Positions 8,195 to 16,772 of a stretch of 64,000 nt of DNA are shown piece after piece. The position numbers were made by a program, and so were the translations under genes. This DNA is from a virus (taxonomy: Duplodnaviria; Caudoviricetes). The stretch spans positions 32,001-96,000 of the IMG/VR virus record IMGVR_UViG_3300029288_007050, one strand, 5' to 3'. The notes beneath the pieces are model-generated. The model ran no database searches, was not told the DNA's origin, and saw only the letters and a program-made list of their open reading frames with translations. Each line of letters begins with the position of its first letter. The stretch's first letter is position 1.

Positions 8195-9655
8195 ATGACA
8201 AAATTTCGAACAAAAGTATCAACAAAGACAGAAAATTTAGCGGGAGGAGAAGCATTTAAAGAATCAGATAAACTCGAACTGATTTCTTTACTTTTGACAT
8301 CTTTCGTTAAAGATAAGTTCTATGAATCTGCTGGAGAACAGCTAGTTAGATTAGAAGACTTAGTGAATAGAATCAAAGACAAGAAATTCATTGCAAAAGC
8401 TGCTATATATGCTAGAAAAGAATTCGGAATGAGAAGTATCACTCATGCTCTGTTAGCTGAATTATCTAAAATAGTTAAGGGCGAAAAATGGTTAAAGATT
8501 GCTATCCAAAAAGCATCATTCCGACCAGACGACATGATGGAAATGCTCGGATATTACCTTTCTAAATATCAAAAACCGATACCGAATTCTATGAAAAAAG
8601 GTCTTTCTCTTGCTTTAAAAAACTTCGATGCATATCAACTTGGTAAATATCGAGGTGAAAGAAGCGGATTAAGACTTGTAGACTTGTTCAACATCGTCCA
8701 TCCAAAACCATCTGATCCAGAAACAGAAGAACTATATAAAAAAATTATCGAAGACAAACTTCGTTCTTCTGATACTTGGGAAAAGAATATTTCAGACACT
8801 GGCCAGCAAGTTAAAAACATCGCTGACGCTGAACAAAGAGAAGAAAAACAGAAAGAACTTAAGTCTGATGCTTGGAGAAAACTTGTCTTAGAAAAGAAAC
8901 TTGGATATTTCGCATTGTTAAGAAATCTTAGAAATCTTTTAGAACAAGCTGATGATGAGACAATCGAAACTGCTTGCAAAACTTTAGTAGACAAAGAACT
9001 AATCAAAAAATCTCTTGTTCTTCCATTCAGATTTAATACTGCTGTGAAACAAATAGAAAGAACGTCGAACAAAAACACTAGATTAGTAGTAGATGCACTT
9101 CATAACGCTCTAGAACTGTCTCTAAGCAACGTTCCGAAATTTGATGGGAAAACATTAATCGTATTAGACGAAAGCGGTTCTATGAGAGGAAATCCGGAAG
9201 AAATAGGTTCTCTATTTGCTGCAGTCTTGTATAAATCGAACAATGCTGATTTGATGACGTTCTCTGAAGAAGCTAGATACAGAAATATACACTCTGGAGA
9301 TAGTGTTCTTACAATCGCAAAACAATTACAATCTGATTTCGTTGGAGGCGGAACTGATTTTCACAGTATTTTCAATTCTGCAAACCAGGTATATAATAGA
9401 ATCGTAATACTTTCTGATATGCAAGGATGGATCGGATACGAAAATCCGACTAAAGCGTTTGCAGAGTATAAAACAAGAGTTAATGCAAATCCACACGTAT
9501 ATTCTTTTGACTTGAATGGATATGGAACATTACAATTTCCAGAAAAACAAGTATATTGCATTACTGGATTTTCTGATAAAGTATTTGACATTATGAAAGT
9601 ACTCGAGCAAGATAGAAACGAATTGATCAATAAAATCGAAAAAATTGAACTTTGA
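8195..9655 (+). CDS. rsr: Ro60/Rsr RNA-binding protein (TROVE + vWA)
   Basis: ENLAGGEAF, FYES, YARKEFGMRS, YQLGKY, HPKP, TWE, ALLRNLRN, LPFRF; vWA MIDAS DESGSM, GGTD, SDMQ. Confidence 0.95.
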   Translation: MTKFRTKVSTKTENLAGGEAFKESDKLELISLLLTSFVKDKFYESAGEQLVRLEDLVNRIKDKKFIAKAAIYARKEFGMRSITHALLAELSKIVKGEKWLKIAIQKASFRPDDMMEMLGYYLSKYQKPIPNSMKKGLSLALKNFDAYQLGKYRGERSGLRLVDLFNIVHPKPSDPETEELYKKIIEDKLRSSDTWEKNISDTGQQVKNIADAEQREEKQKELKSDAWRKLVLEKKLGYFALLRNLRNLLEQADDETIETACKTLVDKELIKKSLVLPFRFNTAVKQIERTSNKNTRLVVDALHNALELSLSNVPKFDGKTLIVLDESGSMRGNPEEIGSLFAAVLYKSNNADLMTFSEEARYRNIHSGDSVLTIAKQLQSDFVGGGTDFHSIFNSANQVYNRIVILSDMQGWIGYENPTKAFAEYKTRVNANPHVYSFDLNGYGTLQFPEKQVYCITGFSDKVFDIMKVLEQDRNELINKIEKIEL

Positions 9656-9656
9656 T

Positions 9657-9850
9657 AAAAATCGAGCAGTGAGGTGAGAGCTACTTCGCAATGAAAATTG
9701 CTTACTTATCTTTTGGCTAATAACCAAAATGAACTAAGTTCGTCTCTTCGGAGGCAAAACTTAACAATTGCTCTTAGAGAGAAATCTCTATAGCAGAGGT
9801 TCCACGAGTTTCCTTAAAACTCTACTCTCACCATATTTCTCTCGATTTTT
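9657..9850 (+). ncRNA. Y-RNA-like structured RNA 1
   Basis: closing stem AAAAATCGAG/CTCGATTTTT, internal loop CAGTGA/ATATTTCT, stem GGTGAGAG/CTCTCACC; inner hairpins with C-UUCG-G (9742-9755) and GAAA (9775-9790) tetraloops; abuts the Ro60 stop. Confidence 0.75.
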
Positions 9851-9859
9851 TATTACTCA

Positions 9860-9915
9860 TACACAGAGAATACATCGAACCCGGTTCTACTGTGTAAATA
9901 ACCGATCCCTTCTGA
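9860..9915 (+). ncRNA. possible short Y-RNA-like RNA 2
   Basis: CAGAGAATACATCG...CGATCCCTTCTG bulged stem with a GAGAA start like RNA 3. Confidence 0.4.
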
Positions 9916-9919
9916 TCCC

Positions 9920-9994
9920 AGTGAGAAGTGATGAAAGAGATACTTCGCAAGTGTTAATTGCAACTAGTCTACCTCTTTCAAATTTTCTCTCACT
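9920..9994 (+). ncRNA. Y-RNA-like structured RNA 3
   Basis: AGTGAG/CTCACT, loop AAGTGA/AATTTTCT, stem TGAAAGAG/CTCTTTCA, then TACTTCGCAA..TTGC as in RNA 1. Confidence 0.7.
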
Positions 9995-9995
9995 A

Positions 9996-10060
9996 CGCAG
10001 AAAAGGAATCTATTGTAAACATTTACTTTAGAAGATGGTTCGAATCCATCAATCTGCGCA
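9996..10060 (+). ncRNA. tRNA-like element lacking a D arm
   Basis: perfect T arm GATGG-TTCGAAT-CCATC (10034-10050) inside acceptor-like stem CGCAGA/TCTGCG. Confidence 0.6.
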
Positions 10061-10074
10061 TCTTTTTATTTTTT

Positions 10075-10581
10075 ATGAATACTCAAACTATTCCTACAGA
10101 ATCCAAGTTAAAAGAATTTTTGAAAGAATCCAATGCTATCGAAAATGTTCGTTCTATTGGAGCTTTCAAAGATGCATGGAAAGCTTGGAAGTTTTTAATT
10201 TGTTTTGATGAATTAACTTTAAGCAGAATTCTTGAATGCCACAGAATAATGATGTTAGAACAAAACAAAAGAATCGCTGGTAAAATCAGAAAAGTGAATG
10301 TTAGAGTTGGTTTCTCAGTAAAGTTAGATTTTAGAAAAGTACCAGAAAGATTAGACAGTCTTTTAAAAAAATATCCCGTGACAGAAGAACAAATCAAAGA
10401 ATGGCATATTGAATTTGAAAATATTCATCCTTTCGAAGATGGAAATGGTAGAATCGGACGCATAATTATGAATTGGCAAAGAGTAAAAAGAGACTTACCG
10501 ATTCTAGTCATACATGAAGGAGAAGAACAATTTCAATATTACGAGTGGTTCCAGAGTTTTAAAGTAAATAATATCTTATAA
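10075..10581 (+). CDS. Fic family protein (AMPylase)
   Basis: ESNAIE and HPFEDGNGRIGR; start set at ATG 10075, downstream of the ncRNAs. Confidence 0.92.
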   Translation: MNTQTIPTESKLKEFLKESNAIENVRSIGAFKDAWKAWKFLICFDELTLSRILECHRIMMLEQNKRIAGKIRKVNVRVGFSVKLDFRKVPERLDSLLKKYPVTEEQIKEWHIEFENIHPFEDGNGRIGRIIMNWQRVKRDLPILVIHEGEEQFQYYEWFQSFKVNNIL

Positions 10582-10591
10582 ACATTTTTCT

Positions 10592-11581
10592 ATGGAAAAA
10601 GAAAGTTTAAATAACATCATAAAAAATCTAGAAAAGAAATACGGAGAAGGAACGATAATGAAATTCACGAACAAAAAGACGATTGACATCGAAACGATAC
10701 CGACAGGTTCTATAAGTTTAGATTATGCATTAGGTGTAGGTGGTATACCCAGAGGTAGAATAATCGAAATATTCGGACCAGAATCTTCTGGTAAAACGAC
10801 TTTAGCTTTAAGCATTATCGCACAAGCTCAGAAAAAAGGAATTACGTGTGCATTTGTAGATGCTGAGCATTCTCTCGATCCAGATTATTCTAGAAATATT
10901 GGAGTCGATCTAACTAAAATGTTTATCTCGCAACCAAATAGCGGAGAACAAGCATTAGACGTAGTTGAAGGTTTTGTAAAATCACGCGAAGTTGGATTAG
11001 TTGTCGTCGATTCTGTTGCTGCTCTTACTCCACAAGCAGAAATAGATGGAGTAATGGGACAATCACATATCGGATTGTTAGCACGATTGATGTCACAAGC
11101 TCTTAGAAAATTGACAGCGATCGCAGCTCAAACAAAAACGACTATTATATTTGTAAATCAAATCAGAATGGCAATTGGAGTCAAATGGGGAAATCCAGAA
11201 GTCAGCACTGGTGGTGTAGCATTGAAATTTTATACTTCGCAAAGAATAGAAGTGAGAAGAGCTGTAAAACTCAAAAAGGCAGAAGAAATTATAGGCAATC
11301 GTGTAAAAATAAAAATTGCTAAAAATAAATTAGCAGCTCCTTTCAAAATGACTGAACTTGATATAATATTCAATAAAGGGATCTCTCTTGAAACTGACGT
11401 ACTTAATTTTGGTCTTAAAAAAGAAGTAATTAAAAAAGAAGGAACTTCATTAATATTCGGTAAAGAAAAACTGGGTAGAGGTTTAGAGAGTGCTAAAATA
11501 TATCTAGAATCAAAACCAGAATTAGTAGAATTGATCATCAAAGCAATAAAAGAAAAAAATGAAGAAACTAAGTCTAAATAA
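10592..11581 (+). CDS. recA: recombinase RecA
   Basis: TGSISLDYALGVGGIPRGRIIEIFGPESSGKTT, DSVAAL, ARLMSQALRK, KNK. Confidence 0.98.
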   Translation: MEKESLNNIIKNLEKKYGEGTIMKFTNKKTIDIETIPTGSISLDYALGVGGIPRGRIIEIFGPESSGKTTLALSIIAQAQKKGITCAFVDAEHSLDPDYSRNIGVDLTKMFISQPNSGEQALDVVEGFVKSREVGLVVVDSVAALTPQAEIDGVMGQSHIGLLARLMSQALRKLTAIAAQTKTTIIFVNQIRMAIGVKWGNPEVSTGGVALKFYTSQRIEVRRAVKLKKAEEIIGNRVKIKIAKNKLAAPFKMTELDIIFNKGISLETDVLNFGLKKEVIKKEGTSLIFGKEKLGRGLESAKIYLESKPELVELIIKAIKEKNEETKSK

Positions 11582-11990
11582 TGTCAAGACACAGATTGAT
11601 AAGTTCATTGATTCACATATAGCTTTTTTCAAAGATATCGATTTCGTAATAGGTATGAGTCGAGGTGGTCTCATACCAGCTGTCCTTGTTTCGACAAAAC
11701 TCAATAAACCTCTCATTACAGCTTATATTAACAAAAAAGATGAAATATTTTTTGACAGAGCAGAATGGATAAAAGACCAGAAAATTCTGATAGTCGACGA
11801 TATAGTAAGATCTGGTAAAACGATGTATCTTTTAAAACAACATTTAGAAAAATACTCAGAACCGAAGTCGATCAAAATGTACGCTGTGTTTTCCGTCGTG
11901 CCAATGAGAGATAGATCTTACAATCTTATGGTATCAGCGATTGAAATCAAAAAAGACACAAATCTTCCCTGGGATTACGATAGACAATAA
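11559..11990 (+). CDS. type I phosphoribosyltransferase
   Basis: GMSRGGLIPA, ILIVDDIVRSGKTM, LPWD. Confidence 0.85.
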   Translation: MKKLSLNNVKTQIDKFIDSHIAFFKDIDFVIGMSRGGLIPAVLVSTKLNKPLITAYINKKDEIFFDRAEWIKDQKILIVDDIVRSGKTMYLLKQHLEKYSEPKSIKMYAVFSVVPMRDRSYNLMVSAIEIKKDTNLPWDYDRQ

Positions 11991-12040
11991 TAAACATCAA
12001 GTCTTATAAGGAAAGCTCTCTACACACGTTCTATGGCGCT
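11985..12040 (-). repeat. dispersed bipartite intergenic motif, copy 2 (degenerate)
   Basis: minus strand AGCGCCATAGAACG ... AGACTTGATGTTTATTA. Confidence 0.55.
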
Positions 12041-12166
12041 GAGATGATTCAAAAGACTGATCGTTCACAACTTTATATTCGTTTTTGATGAAGTGTTGTA
12101 TAATAACATAATATCTTTTCAATTCATTTATATGTCGACTTAATTTTTAATAAAAATAATATTTCG

Positions 12167-12643
12167 ATGAGCATTGATAAACTTAGACTAAGTAGCGTAC
12201 GTGAAGAAATGCTATTTCTTCACAGAAATAAAGTCAAAGATTTGTATAAAGACGGTTATAGTCTAGGCGATATATGCAGAGAATTATGTTTAGATATATC
12301 TTCAGTTTTGTATATTTTAAGAAAAAGTAAATTAAAAAAACAAACACTTTATAAAATATACGAAGACCAGTTAACAAGAAATGATGAAAAACAGAACGAA
12401 TTATTCAGTGAAGAAGAAAAGTTTTACATAGATAAATTTTTTCCACATTCAGATTCAAATAATTTTTCAACTAGTTATTTTTGGTTCTGGCGAAAAAACT
12501 TTAAAAAAGATCAAGAAAAGAAGAAACATTGTAAACATCAAATAAGAACAATTCACTGTAGTATTTGCAATAAAACTTTAGGTGACGCTTCAAACATCCC
12601 ACTTCCAAATGAAGTAATTATAACAAAAAATGATCAAGTTTAA
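12167..12643 (+). CDS. HTH-containing protein with C-terminal Cys/His motif
   Basis: LYKDGYSLGDICRELCLDISSVLYIL HTH; CKH...HCSIC. Confidence 0.6.
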   Translation: MSIDKLRLSSVREEMLFLHRNKVKDLYKDGYSLGDICRELCLDISSVLYILRKSKLKKQTLYKIYEDQLTRNDEKQNELFSEEEKFYIDKFFPHSDSNNFSTSYFWFWRKNFKKDQEKKKHCKHQIRTIHCSICNKTLGDASNIPLPNEVIITKNDQV

Positions 12644-12956
12644 TCTTTCAATTCATATCGACAAACCATTCTGGTTAGCAAGAATTTTTCCCTGTAAACA
12701 TGAAGTCGTTTTAGTAGAAGAAAATCCCATGTCTAGATATGGTACACATACATCATATATGATGTGTAAAAAATGTGGTAGAAAATCCGATGAAATCAGT
12801 AAAAATTGCAAACATGTCGAAGACGTGTTCGGTCGATGCATTTATTGCTTAGAAAGAATAAGTAAACATGACTGCAAACACGAAAAATGGAATAAGGAAC
12901 CAGACACTGACGAATATTACTGTGACAATTGTGGTGAATGGAAAGATGAAATATAA
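12630..12956 (+). CDS. Cys-rich protein with repeated CKH...CxxC units
   Basis: three CKH...CxxC repeats. Confidence 0.6.
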   Translation: MIKFNLSIHIDKPFWLARIFPCKHEVVLVEENPMSRYGTHTSYMMCKKCGRKSDEISKNCKHVEDVFGRCIYCLERISKHDCKHEKWNKEPDTDEYYCDNCGEWKDEI

Positions 12957-12980
12957 TTATTAACTAATAAATAACTAAAA

Positions 12981-13163
12981 ATGGACCAAATAATCAAATG
13001 CAAAGATTGCGGAAAAGATTTCGTCTTCTCAGAAGAAGAACAGAAATTCTTCCAAAAGTTAGTTGAAGACGGCAAAATACAAACCTTCGTTCCACCGAAG
13101 AGATGTAAAAGCTGTCGCCAAGCTAATAAAAAGCTAAAACAAAGTCGCAATTACCAATCTTAA
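12981..13163 (+). CDS. zinc-ribbon protein (zf-trcl-like)
   Basis: CKDCGKDFVFSEEEQKFF...PKRCKSCR. Confidence 0.8.
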   Translation: MDQIIKCKDCGKDFVFSEEEQKFFQKLVEDGKIQTFVPPKRCKSCRQANKKLKQSRNYQS

Positions 13164-13173
13164 TCTTCTCAAA

Positions 13174-13500
13174 ATGAAAAAAGAAATAGATCAAAGAAAT
13201 AAAGAAGACTTGCTGATTCGTTGCAACTGTGGTAGTGACCATTTCCTGAGTTTCTCTTTTATAACAGACAAAGATAATTTTGGTGACGAGGGAGAAAAAC
13301 AAAAGAAGAATAAAGGTTGGAAAGATTACTGGATAGGTTTAATAGAAGATTATAAACCAAGTTTCTGGTTTAGACTGAAGAACTGTTATAAATATCTTTT
13401 CAGACACGGCAAAGCTGAAATATGTTATGCTGCGATCGGTATCACTTCTAAAGATATGGATAAAATCATGAAGCATTTCAAGAAATACCAGGCATTATAG
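13174..13500 (+). CDS. hypothetical protein
   Basis: 108 aa, CNC..H motif. Confidence 0.6.
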   Translation: MKKEIDQRNKEDLLIRCNCGSDHFLSFSFITDKDNFGDEGEKQKKNKGWKDYWIGLIEDYKPSFWFRLKNCYKYLFRHGKAEICYAAIGITSKDMDKIMKHFKKYQAL

Positions 13501-13526
13501 AAATATTATTAATCAAGACAACATCT

Positions 13527-13976
13527 ATGGGAAGAAAAGCTAAATTTTGTTTCGTGCCAGTCAGCGCGTCACGAAGAAAAAAACAAGAATTAGAAGCTAC
13601 AGTCACTATAAACAAAAAAGGGATGATTTTCTTTTCAAAAGGTTATTTAGAAAATCATGGAGCGATTGGTAAATTCATCAAATTTTATGTCGATTCTAGT
13701 AAAAGAGCTTTAGCTTGGAGATTGTTTGCTTCATTAAACGACCTTAAAAAACTAAAGAAAAGAGAAATTCGAATGCTTAAGAAAAACAAAGCTGGTGTGT
13801 GCACTCTTCAAATAAAAGGCGTTTTAGAAGAACTTAGACTCGAACCAAAAAACTACAAGAAACTACCAGTTAGAGAATATAGAGATCTTTTAGACGGAAC
13901 ATATCAGTACGTTCAATTCTCCTATCCAGAATACACGAAAAGCAATAACGAAGAAAAAGAAGAAAATGAAGAATAA
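13527..13976 (+). CDS. hypothetical basic protein
   Basis: 149 aa ORF in operon. Confidence 0.6.
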   Translation: MGRKAKFCFVPVSASRRKKQELEATVTINKKGMIFFSKGYLENHGAIGKFIKFYVDSSKRALAWRLFASLNDLKKLKKREIRMLKKNKAGVCTLQIKGVLEELRLEPKNYKKLPVREYRDLLDGTYQYVQFSYPEYTKSNNEEKEENEE

Positions 13977-14355
13977 AATAAATGAGAAAAGATTGAGAGT
14001 CTGTTTTGACATCGATGACACTTTGTATAAAATAAGAATGGATAAACGTGATCAGGTGCCTGACTATGATTTAATTCAAGTTCTACGCTGGTTTTGTCAA
14101 AATGGAGACGATGTATATGTATGGTCTGCGGGCGGTATAGAATATGCAAAGGTTTTTGTACAAAAATTAGGTTTAGACGATATCGTTACAGTAGTTGAAA
14201 AAGGCTCATTCAAACCAGACATTGCTTTTGACGACTGTGAAACAAAGTTAGGTAGAGTAGACATCAAAGTCAAAAGAGAAACGACTGAAGAAGATATAAT
14301 GAATATCGCTAAACCAAACGTTAAAAAATTTGTCGATGAAGAAAGACTTATTTAA
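13966..14355 (+). CDS. HAD-superfamily hydrolase
   Basis: FDIDDTL, VWSAGG, K, FDD. Confidence 0.8.
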   Translation: MKNKINEKRLRVCFDIDDTLYKIRMDKRDQVPDYDLIQVLRWFCQNGDDVYVWSAGGIEYAKVFVQKLGLDDIVTVVEKGSFKPDIAFDDCETKLGRVDIKVKRETTEEDIMNIAKPNVKKFVDEERLI

Positions 14356-14536
14356 TAAAAAACTTAAAAAATTAGAGAAACTGACAGAAGAAGACTTAAT
14401 GAAGTGTTCAAAATGCGGTGCAAGATTTGTACCAGATAAAGAATCTTTAAATTTCATTACTAAAAAATGGGACGGTCATACATATAAACCAAACTGTAAG
14501 TGTATGAATAAAAATATTAGATTCTGTGTTGGTTAA
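14330..14536 (+). CDS. small Zn-binding protein
   Basis: CSKCG ... CKC. Confidence 0.55.
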   Translation: MSMKKDLFNKKLKKLEKLTEEDLMKCSKCGARFVPDKESLNFITKKWDGHTYKPNCKCMNKNIRFCVG

Positions 14537-14538
14537 GG

Positions 14539-14567
14539 TTTACAAAGCGTTCATTATATAGTATGAT
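14539..14567 (+). promoter_or_regulatory. sigma70-type promoter
   Basis: TTTACA-17 nt-TATGAT. Confidence 0.65.
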
Positions 14568-14588
14568 GTAGCATAGGAAAGAAAAAAT

Positions 14589-15122
14589 ATGAGATTACCT
14601 TCAAATATTATATGCATAGATCTTGAAACGACTGATTCAGATAGCAAAACTGGAAGTATAATTCAGTTATCTGCTATCGCCGTCAATGAAGAGTTTGAAC
14701 CTATACACGCTCGAACTTTTGATATGTTTATACAACCTCTTGATAGTTATAGAAATCCTAAAGCAATGGCTGTGAATAAAATATCTGAAGAAACGCTAAA
14801 AACTGCAACACCTCTACAAGAAGCTCTTATAATGTTTGAAAGCTTCTGTGACAATGACAATATTTTAGCTTCCTGGGGTGCTTACTTCGACATTCCTTTT
14901 TTACGAAATCAATATGAAAAGATCTACAGAAAATATCCTTTCAGTTATCGTTGTTTTGATTTAAAATCTATTGCGATCTGGGAATTAGGTAAAAGAGGAA
15001 TACCAATAAGAGGTGGTGTAAGTAAATTTTTAAACGCTTTGCATAAAGAATTTAGTGGTTCTCAACATAACGCTATTGATGACATTCGTAACGCTGTCGA
15101 AATTCTAAGACTCTGCAAATAG
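14589..15122 (+). CDS. DEDDh 3'-5' exonuclease (DnaQ-like)
   Basis: IDLETT, FDIPFL, HNAIDD. Confidence 0.9.
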   Translation: MRLPSNIICIDLETTDSDSKTGSIIQLSAIAVNEEFEPIHARTFDMFIQPLDSYRNPKAMAVNKISEETLKTATPLQEALIMFESFCDNDNILASWGAYFDIPFLRNQYEKIYRKYPFSYRCFDLKSIAIWELGKRGIPIRGGVSKFLNALHKEFSGSQHNAIDDIRNAVEILRLCK

Positions 15123-15132
15123 AAATAAACAA

Positions 15133-15393
15133 ATGCTTAAAGAATACCCACGTTTAAAGAAACTCTGGAATAAGATGGTAAAGAATGCTTCGATCAAAGA
15201 ATCTGAAGGTGTTTTAACTTTCGACAATCGTAAAAAAGAAACAAAAGAATTTGAAAAAGAATTCTGTAAAGTTCTTTCAACGTCACTTAATGATTTAGAT
15301 AAGAAAAGAATAGCAGAAAGTCTGAAATATTTATTTTTTAAAACTGGAAAGTTTAATACTAAAGGTCGGAAATCTAAAAACATTAATAAATAA
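15133..15393 (+). CDS. hypothetical protein
   Basis: 86 aa ORF. Confidence 0.55.
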   Translation: MLKEYPRLKKLWNKMVKNASIKESEGVLTFDNRKKETKEFEKEFCKVLSTSLNDLDKKRIAESLKYLFFKTGKFNTKGRKSKNINK

Positions 15394-15408
15394 CATTACT
15401 CTGAAAAA

Positions 15409-15699
15409 ATGGAAACCTTCAAAGATCAAGAATTCCTTGAGTACGTTATCAAATCGTTTGTCTCTAAACCAGAAGAAGTGAAGATCACTAGAGTCGTTGA
15501 CGAGATGGGAGTGCTGCTTACTCTTAGCGTCGCACAGGAAGATGTTTCTAGAGTTATCGGAAGAAGTGGACAGACAGCTAAAGCTATCCGATTGCTTCTT
15601 AGAATCGTCGGATACTCTCAGAAAGTTAGAGCAAATCTTAAGATTGACGCACCTCAAGCTTCAGCAAAACCTAAATCAGCGTTAGACGTAGAGATTTAG
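15409..15699 (+). CDS. khpA: KH-domain RNA-binding protein KhpA
   Basis: FLEYVIKSFVSKPEEV, DEMGVLLTLSV, VIGRSGQTAKAIR (GxxG loop). Confidence 0.9.
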   Translation: METFKDQEFLEYVIKSFVSKPEEVKITRVVDEMGVLLTLSVAQEDVSRVIGRSGQTAKAIRLLLRIVGYSQKVRANLKIDAPQASAKPKSALDVEI

Positions 15700-15726
15700 T
15701 ATATTTCTTAAAGTCGAATTAATTAG

Positions 15727-15779
15727 TATGAAGAGAACTCTCAGTAATACTAACGATAGTGATCTCAGTTCTCTTCATA
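15727..15779 (+). other. long intergenic hairpin
   Basis: 13-bp inverted repeat TATGAAGAGAACT/AGTTCTCTTCATA. Confidence 0.6.
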
Positions 15780-15803
15780 AATAATCTTTAACAATACAAA
15801 AAA

Positions 15804-15983
15804 ATGTCTGACACACAATACGAAGCATATTGCTTCAAATGCAAAGTAAAGAAAATCGTGCAGAATCCTGAAATTATCACGATGAAGACAGGCGCAAAAG
15901 CAGTCAAGGGGACTTGCCCGACATGTGGCGGAAAGATGTTCAAGTTTCTCCCAAAAATTAAAGACGATCAAAATGCAATATGA
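15804..15983 (+). CDS. small Zn-ribbon protein (DUF5679-like), missing from the ORF track
   Basis: 59 aa MSDTQYEAYCFKCKVKK...KGTCPTCGGKMFKF. Confidence 0.8.
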   Translation: MSDTQYEAYCFKCKVKKIVQNPEIITMKTGAKAVKGTCPTCGGKMFKFLPKIKDDQNAI

Positions 15984-16728
15984 TTCTCTAATCATCGGAA
16001 ATGGTGAAGTCGGTTCAGCTCTTAAAAAAGTACTTGACGCCAGAAACGATAAAAGAAGTTGTAGCATTATAGATCGAAAAGACGAAGATTTTAAAGAAAA
16101 ACTGAACGATAGCAAATGCAAGACTCTTCATATCTGTATCCCTTACAGCAAAACATTCGTAAAAGATACGCTCAACTATTTAAGACTTTTCCAACCAGAA
16201 TTATGTATCATTCATTCGACAGTTCCAGTCGGAACGACGTCAAGAATAAATTATTCAGCGTTTGCGACAAAAGTAGCACCGTTAACACACGTAGTTCATT
16301 CTCCAGTTAGAGGTCTCCATCCAAATTTAGATACTGGCCTTCTAACTTTTGTGAAATATGTTGGTACTGATAGCAAAGAAGCTTTTGAAAAAGCAAAGAA
16401 AGAGATGGATAATATGAACGTAGTCTGGTTCGAAAAATCTGAAGACAGTGAACTCGGTAAATTGCTAGATACTTCTTACTATGGTGTATGTATTAGTTGG
16501 CACAGAGAGATGGAAAGATTATGCAAATATTTCGACGTCAACTTTGAGAACGCTGTCACCGCTTTCAACATTTCATATAATGAAGGATATTCGAAACTCA
16601 AACCTAACGTAGTCAGACCAGTTCTGACTTCGCCAGGGAAGAAAAAAATAGGAGGACATTGTGTCACTCAAAATGCTAAACTTTTGAATGCACAACAACA
16701 ATCAAAATTCCTTGATTTAATAAAATAG
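15973..16728 (+). CDS. UDP-glucose/GDP-mannose dehydrogenase family protein (WecC-like, lacks C-terminal domain)
   Basis: IIGNGEVG, STVPVGT, SPVRG, ELGKL, IGGHC; start at ATG 15973. Confidence 0.8.
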   Translation: MQYDSLIIGNGEVGSALKKVLDARNDKRSCSIIDRKDEDFKEKLNDSKCKTLHICIPYSKTFVKDTLNYLRLFQPELCIIHSTVPVGTTSRINYSAFATKVAPLTHVVHSPVRGLHPNLDTGLLTFVKYVGTDSKEAFEKAKKEMDNMNVVWFEKSEDSELGKLLDTSYYGVCISWHREMERLCKYFDVNFENAVTAFNISYNEGYSKLKPNVVRPVLTSPGKKKIGGHCVTQNAKLLNAQQQSKFLDLIK

Positions 16729-16772
16729 GTCGACAAAAGAGAGTATTCGTTAATTATTAAACAAACACTAAC

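Noticed and set aside
9657-10060. Possible CRISPR array (repeated TACTTCGCAA)
   Set aside because: Only two copies, irregular spacing, embedded in stems, and no cas genes.
9768-10074. ORF 9768-10031 and the 5' extension of the Fic ORF from 9958
   Set aside because: They overlap the structured ncRNA cluster, use weak starts and show no protein motifs; Fic fits a start at ATG 10075.
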